From positions 1,010 to 65,009 of the forward strand of contig CAJFMZ010000001.1 in assembly GCA_904393575.1 (NCBI GenBank): DNA of 64,000 nucleotides, given 5' to 3'. Each line of letters begins with the position of its first letter. Within the stretch, counting starts at the first letter, position 1. Of this stretch, positions 20,376 through 28,862 are shown one piece after another. Source of the DNA: an uncultured Sellimonas sp. GTDB lineage: Bacteria; Bacillota; Clostridia; Lachnospirales; Lachnospiraceae. The notes beneath the pieces are model-generated. The model did no database searches. It saw nothing but the letters and a program-made list of their open reading frames with translations, and had not been told where the DNA came from. The position numbers and the translations under genes were made by a program.

Positions 20376-21716
20376 ATGAAACAAAACAGGATGTTCAGTG
20401 ATCTGCTTAACCCATTATATGAAGGCTGTGATCTTAATAATCTGTGTGTGGCAACCTATCTGGTCGGCGCTGAGAAGGACGAGGGAATTGTAGTGAAAGC
20501 TCAGAGTATTGGTATTGAGCAGACAACCGGTTCCTGGGTAGATGTCCCGGCTGAGACGGATGAAGTGCGTGCAAAATACTGTTCCAAGGTGATTGGTATT
20601 TACGAAGTACCTGCTTATGAAAACCAGACGAATGTCAATCTTGCAGTAGGAAAGGATGATCTTCGGTTTTATGTCATCCGGATCGGCTACCCGGTAGACA
20701 ATATCCGGAACAATATTCCACTTCTAATTGCTTCGATTACCGGAAATATCATGTCCATGCCGTATCTGAAACTTCTGGACATTGATTTCCCGGAAAGTTT
20801 TGTGAAAGATTTCCAGGGTCCAAAATTCGGCATTCAGGGAATCCGGGATATTCTTCATGCTTATGATCGTCCGCTTCTCAACAATATGATCAAACCTTGT
20901 ACCGGATATACACCGGATGTAGGAGAGAAGCTGTTCTTTGAGGCAGCTGCAGGCGGAGTGGATATCATCAAGGACGATGAGCTCATCGGCGGCGACCGTG
21001 TATTTAATAAAATTGAAGACCGTGTCAAAGCAAACATGGCTGCTGCAAAGCGTGCGGAGGAAATCAAGGGTGAACCTACGTTGTATGCATGCAATATTAC
21101 AGACGATGTGACAAAATTAAAAGAAAATGCAATGAAGGTTATCAACAACGGTGGAAACTGTATCATGGTGGACGTACACGGCGTAGGATATTCCGCAGTC
21201 CGCGCTCTGGCGGAAGATCCGGACATTACAGTTCCGATTCTTGGACATTCCTGCTTCAACGGCGCATTTACAACGTCACCGTATCAGGGCATGAGCTCCA
21301 AGGTCGTTGCCAAACTTGCCCGTCTTTCCGGATGCGACATTTATCTGACACAGCCGCCTTATGGTAAATTTGACAATACATTTGACAACTATATCATCAA
21401 CCTGATTACATCCAAGGCGAAAATGTACGACATCAAACCGATGCTTCCATTTGTCGGCGGCGGTGTGGTAGCGGGTCTTGTCCCGAAATTCCTGGACGAT
21501 GCGGGAATTGACGTTCTCCTTGGAGTCGGCGCCGGAATCCATGCCCATCCAATGGGACCTCGTGCAGGAGCACAGGCATTCCGTGCCGCGATCGATGCAT
21601 GTATGAATGATGTACCGCTGCGTGAAAAGGCAAAAGAATGCGAAGCACTGCATGTTGCCCTGGAAAAATGGGGCGTATATGGTGAAGATCATTCGAAAGA
21701 CCTTTACGCAATCTGA
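20376..21716 (+). CDS. RuBisCO-like protein (form IV large-subunit homolog)
   Basis: DRPLLNNMIKPCTGYT...GGVDIIKDDELIG aligns to RuBisCO GRPLLGCTIKPKLGLS...GGLDFTKDDENVN. The KDDE motif is retained and the second Lys of KPK is Cys. AAGGAGG RBS. Confidence 0.85.
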   Translation: MKQNRMFSDLLNPLYEGCDLNNLCVATYLVGAEKDEGIVVKAQSIGIEQTTGSWVDVPAETDEVRAKYCSKVIGIYEVPAYENQTNVNLAVGKDDLRFYVIRIGYPVDNIRNNIPLLIASITGNIMSMPYLKLLDIDFPESFVKDFQGPKFGIQGIRDILHAYDRPLLNNMIKPCTGYTPDVGEKLFFEAAAGGVDIIKDDELIGGDRVFNKIEDRVKANMAAAKRAEEIKGEPTLYACNITDDVTKLKENAMKVINNGGNCIMVDVHGVGYSAVRALAEDPDITVPILGHSCFNGAFTTSPYQGMSSKVVAKLARLSGCDIYLTQPPYGKFDNTFDNYIINLITSKAKMYDIKPMLPFVGGGVVAGLVPKFLDDAGIDVLLGVGAGIHAHPMGPRAGAQAFRAAIDACMNDVPLREKAKECEALHVALEKWGVYGEDHSKDLYAI

Positions 21717-21751
21717 TTTTTACAATAGACGCCATAATACCCTCTTAAATC

Positions 21752-21793
21752 CGGGAGCCGGACTCCTGCCCCAGGGCAGAATTCCGGCTCCCG
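21752..21793. terminator. Bidirectional terminator between the RLP gene and the GH20 gene
   Basis: cgggagccgga (21752-21762) pairs with tccggctcccg (21783-21793). The right arm is part of the 18-nt repeat also found at 12955-12972. Confidence 0.7.
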
Positions 21794-21804
21794 ACCTTTT
21801 CTTT

Positions 21805-23679
21805 TTACAATTCGTTAATATTAGACGCACTTACAATCTGTTCCCACCGGTTAAAGGAATAAATTCTTCCTTCATCCGGCCAGAAGCAGACGCGCCGTTC
21901 TTCCAGTTCTTCAAATGGCTCTTCCGGATGGGCCAGCCATCTGGAGATCCTGTTTCTTGCGGATTCCAAACGGTTTCTTACCCCGCCCAGCCGGATGTCA
22001 AGGACCTCATATCCCTGAGGTCTGCATTCTTCCATCCAGAGCGCTTCTCTTCGTTCCCGCAGCTCTTCCAGCATTTCCAGACACTCTGGAATCCTCTTGT
22101 CGGCCCATTGACGGAGCCGTTCCTGATCTTCGTTATCATAATCGGACTTGATTTCCAGTCCCATTTCCGCTTTCTCCGCCAGAAATGCCGCCAGCTTCTG
22201 ATAGTAGGCAAGCAGATTCCCGGTCCTCTTTGGCATTTCTTTTTTCAGGCAGACTTCCAGTTTGTCCGCCAGCTCCCGGTAATGTTCCCGGAGTCCTTTC
22301 CCGGCGAACTGCCCGTCAAAAATTCCCAGAAGCGGATCCTGATAAAGTGCCAGTTTGGACGGATTGGCGGACTTGAGATTGTGCGGATCCTCCGGCTGGA
22401 AATTGTCAAACTGATCCAGAAGCATCAGATCATCACTTTCGCTTCCAAACAGCTCTTTCATCCGATCATGAAGACGCTCCATCGTCACTTCTTTTTCGTA
22501 GGCACACTCTGCAAAATACGTCAGCGGCAGCAGGCACGTCTCCATTGGCGTCTCCGCCCCGTCATCCTGCCAGAGCGTACAGAACCACTTGTCCGCACCT
22601 TCCTCTTTCATGACTTTTGTGCCGACTCTTGTCGTCTCCAGTGCCCGTGCGTAATTCGGCGCAATGCCATTCCACGTCCAGCCTCCACCTGCAAAGTACA
22701 TGTGCCCGGAAAGCTTTTTATGGAGATGCACCATCTTCCGGTATACATCCGGGGACGCATTATAGTAATCCCAGTATACGAGATTTATTTCCGGATCCGG
22801 CCGGTCTTCTTCTTTCCACTCATAATCCTCCGGCACATTGTAGTATCTTCCGTCTTCGGCCGCCAGCATAAAGTACATATCGCTCCAGATCATCGGGTCG
22901 AAGTCATACTTTCTGCAGATTTCGCAGACGCGGTCCAGATGTTTTTTCATAATTCCGGTACGGTCCTGATAGCCGTTTTTCCTCAGATAATTTCCAAGTC
23001 CCAGCTGAAATGCCTCGTCCATCCCGATGTGGATCCGTTTCCCGGAAAAGGATGCCCGTACAGACCGGATCATAGCCTCCAGAAAATCGTAGACTTTCTC
23101 TTCTCCCACAAGAAGAATATCCGAATTGTCCCGCATCGGCTCTGTCACCGGCCATCTCAGAAAGGTCCGCAGATGAGCAAGCGTCTGGATGCATGGAACC
23201 AGCTCAATGCCGAATTTTGCGGCGTACCGCTCGATCTCCCGGATGTCCTCTTTGGAATAACGGCCTCTCATCGCTCCAAAATGAGGGTATTTTGGGATTT
23301 CATAGGTATCTTCCGTATAAAGCAGAAGATCATTCATTCCAAGAAGCGCCAGATATTCAATATATCGCTTGACGGTCTCTACTCTCAGCACTCCATTTCT
23401 GGAGCAGTCAAACATTGCCCCAAGCCTGCTTGTGCAGGCAGTCTCAGCGCTTGAAAAATCCTCGGACACATGTCCGAATACCATACCAAGCGCCCGGTAA
23501 TACTGAACCTCCTGGTGATACTGGATTTTGACATTTGTTCCATATTTCAGCACTTTCAGCCCTGATTTTTCCGTATATTCCGGGTAAATCTCCAGCTCCT
23601 CCTCCGGCATGCCGGCAAAATGCTTCAGCAGAATCTCTGAAGCCTCCTGAAATTTTGAATCCTTTACGATCAGTTTCAT
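21805..23679 (-). CDS. Glycoside hydrolase family 20-like beta-N-acetylhexosaminidase
   Basis: GAMFDCSRNGV and IHIGMDEA correspond to the GH20 (R-x-x-x-D-x-S/R and H-x-G-x-D-E) blocks. 624 aa. AGGAGG RBS. Confidence 0.65.
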   Translation of the reverse strand: MKLIVKDSKFQEASEILLKHFAGMPEEELEIYPEYTEKSGLKVLKYGTNVKIQYHQEVQYYRALGMVFGHVSEDFSSAETACTSRLGAMFDCSRNGVLRVETVKRYIEYLALLGMNDLLLYTEDTYEIPKYPHFGAMRGRYSKEDIREIERYAAKFGIELVPCIQTLAHLRTFLRWPVTEPMRDNSDILLVGEEKVYDFLEAMIRSVRASFSGKRIHIGMDEAFQLGLGNYLRKNGYQDRTGIMKKHLDRVCEICRKYDFDPMIWSDMYFMLAAEDGRYYNVPEDYEWKEEDRPDPEINLVYWDYYNASPDVYRKMVHLHKKLSGHMYFAGGGWTWNGIAPNYARALETTRVGTKVMKEEGADKWFCTLWQDDGAETPMETCLLPLTYFAECAYEKEVTMERLHDRMKELFGSESDDLMLLDQFDNFQPEDPHNLKSANPSKLALYQDPLLGIFDGQFAGKGLREHYRELADKLEVCLKKEMPKRTGNLLAYYQKLAAFLAEKAEMGLEIKSDYDNEDQERLRQWADKRIPECLEMLEELRERREALWMEECRPQGYEVLDIRLGGVRNRLESARNRISRWLAHPEEPFEELEERRVCFWPDEGRIYSFNRWEQIVSASNINEL

Positions 23680-23691
23680 CTCGTCCTCCTG

Positions 23692-24534
23692 TTATCCTTT
23701 TACCCCTCCGAGAGCAATTCCCTGAACAAACTGCTTCTGGAGGAAAATATACAATATAAATGGGAAAAGAAATGTAATCAATGAACCCGCCATAATCAGC
23801 CCATAGTTGACAGAATACTGTGTTTTTAAAACAGACAGAGCTACAATCAGTGTATAATGCTCTGTCTCTGTCGCTGCAATTAACGGCCACAGGAAATCAT
23901 TCCATGCGGAAATAAAGGTAAAGACCACAAGGGTCACAATGACCGGTTTCAAAAGCGGCATGACGATCTGGATGAAGATCCGGTACTCCGGACATCCGTC
24001 CACCTGGGCAGATTCAATCAGCTCATCCGGAACTCCGTTCATGAACTGTTTGACAAGGAATACGGAAAATGCCCCGATCATCGTAATGACAAGAGCCGTC
24101 CGTGTATTCAAAAGTCCCAGATTTTTCATGATCACAAAAAGCGGGATCATCGTAACCTGTCCCGGAATCATCAGAGAAATCATATAAATCTGGAAAATAA
24201 ATTTCCGTCCCGGAAACAGCTTCTTTTCAAATCCATATGCCGCCATACACGATACTATCACATTCAGAATACAGGACGCAATGACTACAACCACACTGTT
24301 GAAAAAGGCCTGTAAAAATCCGCTGTTCTTGAAGATATAGATAAAGTTTTCCAGATTGGTAAAGTCTACATCTGACAGGTGCAGTTTCAGTGTCCTTGAC
24401 TCTGTAAAGGACATCAGAAACATGTAAATAAACGGGAATACTGCAATCACCGTCACAAGGATCGTACAAAGCAGGCCAAAAATTCCAAGGGGAGTCCAGT
24501 GTTCTCTTTTTTTCGTTCTTATTTTCTGTGCCAT
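23692..24534 (-). CDS. Carbohydrate ABC transporter permease (MalG-like)
   Basis: 6-TM permease with an EAA-type loop (ESAQVDGCPEYRIF). Start was moved to MAQKIRTKK (24534, GAGGTG RBS). Confidence 0.85.
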   Translation of the reverse strand: MAQKIRTKKREHWTPLGIFGLLCTILVTVIAVFPFIYMFLMSFTESRTLKLHLSDVDFTNLENFIYIFKNSGFLQAFFNSVVVVIASCILNVIVSCMAAYGFEKKLFPGRKFIFQIYMISLMIPGQVTMIPLFVIMKNLGLLNTRTALVITMIGAFSVFLVKQFMNGVPDELIESAQVDGCPEYRIFIQIVMPLLKPVIVTLVVFTFISAWNDFLWPLIAATETEHYTLIVALSVLKTQYSVNYGLIMAGSLITFLFPFILYIFLQKQFVQGIALGGVKG

Positions 24535-24538
24535 CTTA

Positions 24539-25402
24539 TCACCTCGCCGCCTCATTTTTCTCTTTAAAGAATACATTCTCCACGATATTGATAATCAGAA
24601 TAATGATCAGGAGCAGAATCGCCATCGCACAGGCATATCCCATCCGGTATTCTTTAAATGCCGCATTGTAAATTCCCATGACAAGGGTAACGGTCGACCG
24701 GCCCGGTCCACCGTTCGTCATCGTGTAAGAAAGGTCAAACACCTGGAATGACCAGATAATTCCCAGTGTAATTACCAGATAATTGATCGGTTTTAAAAGC
24801 GGCATGGTAATCTTGAAAAAGGACTGGATAGATGTGGCTCCATCCACCTTGGCCGCTTCAAACAGCTCCGGGGAAAGTCCCATAATACCGGCGTAATAGA
24901 TGACAAGGAAATACCCTACATTTTTCCATATCGCCACCACGCAGACACAGATCAGCGCCGTCTTTGAACTTCCCAGCCAGTTTAACGGCGCAATTCCGAA
25001 TACTCCAAGGATGGTATTGATGATACCGCCGTCCGTCCCGAAAATCGTTCTCCAGATTGCACCTGCCGTAACCGAGGATGCAATTACCGGAATGAACATG
25101 GCGCTCCGCAGGAAATTACCGGCTATATTCTGCATTTTATCCGCCAGAAACGCTGCAAACACCAGCGCCAGGAAAGTCTGAACCGGAACCGTCACAATAA
25201 CATAAATCAATGTATTTTTCAGTGCATCCACAACATATTTATCTGAGAATACTTTTTTATAATTTTCCAGTCCGATGAAATCCGCTTTTGTCATGATATC
25301 GTAGTCTGTCAAGCTGAAATAGGTTGACATAAAAATCGGCAGCAGACAAAAGCACACCATGAAAAACAGACTTGGAAGAATATAAATGTATCCTTGTATC
25401 AT
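24539..25402 (-). CDS. Carbohydrate ABC transporter permease (MalF-like)
   Basis: EAAKVDGATSIQSFFKITMPLL loop. Start was moved to MIQGYIYILPSL (25402). The track extension runs into the hairpin at 25446-25481. Confidence 0.85.
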   Translation of the reverse strand: MIQGYIYILPSLFFMVCFCLLPIFMSTYFSLTDYDIMTKADFIGLENYKKVFSDKYVVDALKNTLIYVIVTVPVQTFLALVFAAFLADKMQNIAGNFLRSAMFIPVIASSVTAGAIWRTIFGTDGGIINTILGVFGIAPLNWLGSSKTALICVCVVAIWKNVGYFLVIYYAGIMGLSPELFEAAKVDGATSIQSFFKITMPLLKPINYLVITLGIIWSFQVFDLSYTMTNGGPGRSTVTLVMGIYNAAFKEYRMGYACAMAILLLIIILIINIVENVFFKEKNEAAR

Positions 25403-25445
25403 TTCTCTTCTTCTTCTTTTCAACTGTCTCACCTCAACTACATTG

Positions 25446-25481
25446 ATACGAACCGGCAGCAACCTTCCCGCCGGTTCGTAT
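25446..25481 (-). promoter_or_regulatory. Intra-operon stem-loop after the solute-binding-protein gene
   Basis: 12-bp stem: atacgaaccggc pairs with gccggttcgtat. No U-run follows on the minus strand. It lies between the SBP stop and the first permease start. Confidence 0.55.
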
Positions 25482-25492
25482 CCTTGATTTCC

Positions 25493-26758
25493 TTATTCTG
25501 CTGCCAGGTTTTCGTTATAGTAATCCTGAGCGTTCTTCAGAACTTCATCCGGTTCCATCTCGCCCATCATCATAGACTGCAGATTTTCATTGACTTTCGT
25601 CAGCAGAGAAACTGCACTGTTAAACGGAGTGATGGTCTTGAAGTTGTCATTTTCTACCGTATAGAGCTCCTTAAACCGTTCGTCGCCTGTATATTCCTCA
25701 TCTTTTGTGATCGGCGGCTGTTCTGTGATCTGCTGATGGAATGCGGACATTACATCTGCACTGGAAAGCAGCTTGATCGCTTTCATTGCCAGATCTTTAT
25801 CCTTGCATTTATCAAACAGTACAAGGGAGTCTGCCGCGAAGAATGTCTTTGCCTCTCCTCCCGGTCCCGCAAGCGCTGTTGTCCAATCCCAGTCTACTCC
25901 TTCCAGATTCAGACAGTTGCTTGTCGCAAGAACCATAAATCCGGTCTTTCCTGCCTCAAAATCCGGGCGGGCATCATCATTTGATGTCGCTGCTTCATCG
26001 ATAAAATTGTATTTAAATCTCAGGTCATAAAGGAACTGAATTGCTTCCCTTCCTTCTTCCGAATCGATTGTGACATTTCCATCTTCATCTGTCAGCTCTC
26101 CGCCTGCACTCCAGAAGAACGGCAGGAAGTTTTCATCCACATTTCCCCATGCTCCGCCAAGCGCCATGTCAAACGGCTTAACTCCCGGACAGTTGTCCTG
26201 AATCGCCTGGCATGCATTGATAAATTCATCCCATGTCGTCGGCATCTGGGAAACGCCTGCTTTCTGTAAGATTTCCTTATTTGCAATCAGAACACGTGCA
26301 TTCCCCGCAATAAACGGAAGTCCGTACTGTTTTCCCTGAATCGTTCCATAATCCCAGTAGAGATAATTATCTTTCTCTTCATCTGTAAAATAAGAATCCA
26401 TATCTGTAAGAAGATCCTTGGAAATATAATCTCCCATCTGCTCCATGGACATATATCCAATGTCCGGTCCGTCTCCAGAAGTCACACCGGACAGATATTT
26501 CTCTTCGTAATTGGACCACGGCAGAATCTGCACATCAAACTCGCAGTTTTCTTCCTTTTCAAGCGGTTTCAGCTGTTCTTCCCAAAACTCCTTATCTGAT
26601 ACTTCCGCATCTGTGCCCGCATACGCCGGAAACCAGATCGAAAGCTTCTTCTTTCCTCCGTCAGAAGAATCCGAGTTTCCTCCGCAGCCCGCAAGCAATC
26701 CCACGCACATCACTGCTGCCAGTCCTGCGGCACCTAATTTCATCCATCGTTTACGCAT
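25493..26758 (-). CDS. ABC transporter extracellular sugar-binding lipoprotein
   Basis: Signal peptide with lipobox LLAGCGG. 421 aa. AAGGGAGG RBS. First gene of the ABC operon. Confidence 0.85.
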   Translation of the reverse strand: MRKRWMKLGAAGLAAVMCVGLLAGCGGNSDSSDGGKKKLSIWFPAYAGTDAEVSDKEFWEEQLKPLEKEENCEFDVQILPWSNYEEKYLSGVTSGDGPDIGYMSMEQMGDYISKDLLTDMDSYFTDEEKDNYLYWDYGTIQGKQYGLPFIAGNARVLIANKEILQKAGVSQMPTTWDEFINACQAIQDNCPGVKPFDMALGGAWGNVDENFLPFFWSAGGELTDEDGNVTIDSEEGREAIQFLYDLRFKYNFIDEAATSNDDARPDFEAGKTGFMVLATSNCLNLEGVDWDWTTALAGPGGEAKTFFAADSLVLFDKCKDKDLAMKAIKLLSSADVMSAFHQQITEQPPITKDEEYTGDERFKELYTVENDNFKTITPFNSAVSLLTKVNENLQSMMMGEMEPDEVLKNAQDYYNENLAAE

Positions 26759-26812
26759 AAAATCCTCCCTTTTTCTGCTCTTGTCATTTTGTACTCCTGG
26801 CCAGATAACACC

Positions 26813-26845
26813 ATTTTACCCCCCCCCCCGGTATAATTTTGTCAA
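26813..26845 (-). promoter_or_regulatory. Candidate promoter of the sugar ABC operon with a homopolymer in the spacer
   Basis: On the minus strand: TTGACA (26840-26845), 21-nt spacer containing G11, then TAAAAT (26813-18). It is about 55 nt upstream of the SBP start codon. Confidence 0.55.
26819..26829. repeat. Homopolymeric C11 (G11 on the minus strand) tract
   Basis: Read directly: ...cattttacc ccccccccc gg tataat... It is the longest G/C homopolymer I noticed in the window. Confidence 0.9.
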
Positions 26846-26953
26846 GCTGTAACAAAATTATCTTAAAAGCAGGAATTATTTTATTAATTTTGACAATTTG
26901 TCACTGCATTCCGTGCTATACTATTCATACATAAAGAGGAGGGATATGAGAGG

Positions 26954-27829
26954 ATGAATGTAATCTGGTCCAACTATATTCAGGGAACAAAAACTTTATA
27001 TTACTCTCGGAAACTGCGGTTTCACGATCTGTTTGCCGGGCAGTATCAGACACTGTTTCACTTAAACAAAGAGAAAAATCTCCAAATCCTGGAAGTGGGA
27101 TGCGGTCCCGGAGCACTCTCCGGCGCCCTTCACCGATGGTATCCGAATGCAGAAATTACAGGACTGGACCGGGACAGCGCATTTATTCAGTTTGCCAGAG
27201 AACAGGAGTCCGGAGTCACATTTATGGAAGGGGATGCCACAAATCTTCCTTTCCCGGATCAGAGTTTCGATGTCACGATTTCCAATACCGTCAGCGAACA
27301 CGTCGAACCTTCCGCATTTTACCAGGAACAGCTTCGTGTTCTGAAACCAGGCGGAGTCTGTCTCGTACTTTCTTCCCGCAGAGGAATTACCGTCCAGTCT
27401 TCCGCGGTCTCCTGTTGCTGTGATTACGAGCAGCAGTTCTGGGACAAGGCCTCACAATACGACCACAGCAGAGATCGCTACGGTATCTGCCGATATCCAA
27501 TGAACGAGGCCGAACTGCCATTGGCAATGGAGTCTTATGGGTTTCAAAATGTCCACACCGGATTCGTCACTGTCAATCTGACCCCCGACAACCCACAGAT
27601 TCCATCTTCCCTGGCTCATGAGATGATTGACGCATCCAGACAGACCGCACTGGATGCCATTGATTCTGTATTTCGTTCCTGTCCGGGATATATTTCTGCC
27701 GAAGAAACGTCAGAAATGAAACGACTGACTACTCAGAAATATGATATAAGAATTGCTCAGTATGACCGAGGTGAAAAACAGTGGGATACGGAAGTCTCCC
27801 TCATCATGGTCGTGCGCGGAGTAAAATAA
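26954..27829 (+). CDS. Class I SAM-dependent methyltransferase
   Basis: Motif I ILEVGCGPGALS and FDVTISN. 291 aa. Confidence 0.8.
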   Translation: MNVIWSNYIQGTKTLYYSRKLRFHDLFAGQYQTLFHLNKEKNLQILEVGCGPGALSGALHRWYPNAEITGLDRDSAFIQFAREQESGVTFMEGDATNLPFPDQSFDVTISNTVSEHVEPSAFYQEQLRVLKPGGVCLVLSSRRGITVQSSAVSCCCDYEQQFWDKASQYDHSRDRYGICRYPMNEAELPLAMESYGFQNVHTGFVTVNLTPDNPQIPSSLAHEMIDASRQTALDAIDSVFRSCPGYISAEETSEMKRLTTQKYDIRIAQYDRGEKQWDTEVSLIMVVRGVK

Positions 27830-27850
27830 AATCAATATCTCCCATTAAAA

Positions 27851-27898
27851 AATCCTGCAAGTTGTTCTGATCTCATGAATCAGACTCCCTGCAGGATT
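27851..27898. terminator. Bidirectional terminator
   Basis: aatcctgca (27851-59) pairs with tgcaggatt (27890-98). Flanked by an A-run and a T-run, between convergent genes. Confidence 0.65.
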
Positions 27899-27923
27899 TT
27901 TCTCTCTATTAATTTCTCGCTAT

Positions 27924-28856
27924 TTATACTGTTTCCCTGTGCTTTTCCAGCCAGCTTTCGATTTCTTCGAAGACTTCCAGCCGATCTTTTTCGTGTAGAA
28001 TCTCGTGCCGGTCTTCCGGAAATAGCCGGATCGTCACATCCGTCATCCCGGCGTCCCGGAACTGTTCATACACCTTCCACACTCCGGCTCCGAAATCTCC
28101 CACCGGATCCTGAGATCCGGATACAAAGAGCACCGGCAGATCTTTTGGAATCTTTTTGACGCCTTTTTTTGTCAGTGTCCGCATGCCGCGGAACATCTGA
28201 CGGTAACCGCCAACCGTAAACAGAAAACCGCAGAGCGGATCCGCCTCGTAACAGGATACATTTTCCTCTTCCGCGGAAAGCCATTCCCGCCCGGTCTTTC
28301 CCGGCTCAAATTTTTTATTATAGCTTCCGAAGGCCATACCATCTACCAGACGGCTCCGGTAATGGCTGCCGCGGACTTTTCCGATCACACCGCACAGAAG
28401 CTCCCCTGCAAGCAGAAGTGGATAAGGCTGGTATCCGGTTCCCATGATGACCGCTCCATCGAGTTCGTTTCCATATTTTTGGATGTACTGTCTCAGGAGA
28501 AAGGATCCCATACTATGTCCCATCATAAAATACGGGCAGTCCGGATAGTTCTTTCTCGTTGCCAGGAACAGCTTCCGAATATCTCCGATGACACATTCAT
28601 TTCCTTTTTGATCTGGGAAATAGCCGTAGTCCTCTTCGGAACGTACCGACTTTCCATGTCCCAGATGATCATGACCGTTCACATAATACCCTTTCTGTGA
28701 AAGCCAGATGGCAAACTCCTCATACCGGTCGATATATTCTGCCATTCCATGACAGATCTGGACAACTGCCCTGACCTTCTGCCCTTCCGGTTTCCATGCG
28801 ACAGCATGAATCCTGGTCTTTTTATCACAGGATAAGTAAAAGCCTTCCTTTTTCAT
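27924..28856 (-). CDS. Alpha/beta hydrolase (lysophospholipase/monoacylglycerol-lipase-like)
   Basis: Nucleophile elbow GHSMGS and an HG oxyanion motif (CHGMAEY). 310 aa. Confidence 0.8.
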   Translation of the reverse strand: MKKEGFYLSCDKKTRIHAVAWKPEGQKVRAVVQICHGMAEYIDRYEEFAIWLSQKGYYVNGHDHLGHGKSVRSEEDYGYFPDQKGNECVIGDIRKLFLATRKNYPDCPYFMMGHSMGSFLLRQYIQKYGNELDGAVIMGTGYQPYPLLLAGELLCGVIGKVRGSHYRSRLVDGMAFGSYNKKFEPGKTGREWLSAEEENVSCYEADPLCGFLFTVGGYRQMFRGMRTLTKKGVKKIPKDLPVLFVSGSQDPVGDFGAGVWKVYEQFRDAGMTDVTIRLFPEDRHEILHEKDRLEVFEEIESWLEKHRETV

Positions 28857-28862
28857 CTCTAT

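Noticed and set aside
20376-21716. Bona fide CO2-fixing RuBisCO
   Set aside because: There is no small-subunit or phosphoribulokinase gene nearby. The second Lys of the KPK motif is Cys. The context is sugar-acid catabolism. All of this is consistent with a form-IV RuBisCO-like protein.
21607-23454. 615-aa plus-strand ORF
   Set aside because: It overlaps the 3' end of the RLP gene and lies antisense to the GH20-like gene. Its composition is Arg/Phe/Pro-rich, typical of a reverse-strand shadow.
25470-25481. GGTTCGTATCC, which resembles a tRNA T-arm (GGTTCGAATCC)
   Set aside because: It is the descending arm of a 12-bp perfect hairpin between two ABC genes. No acceptor, D or anticodon arms can be drawn around it.
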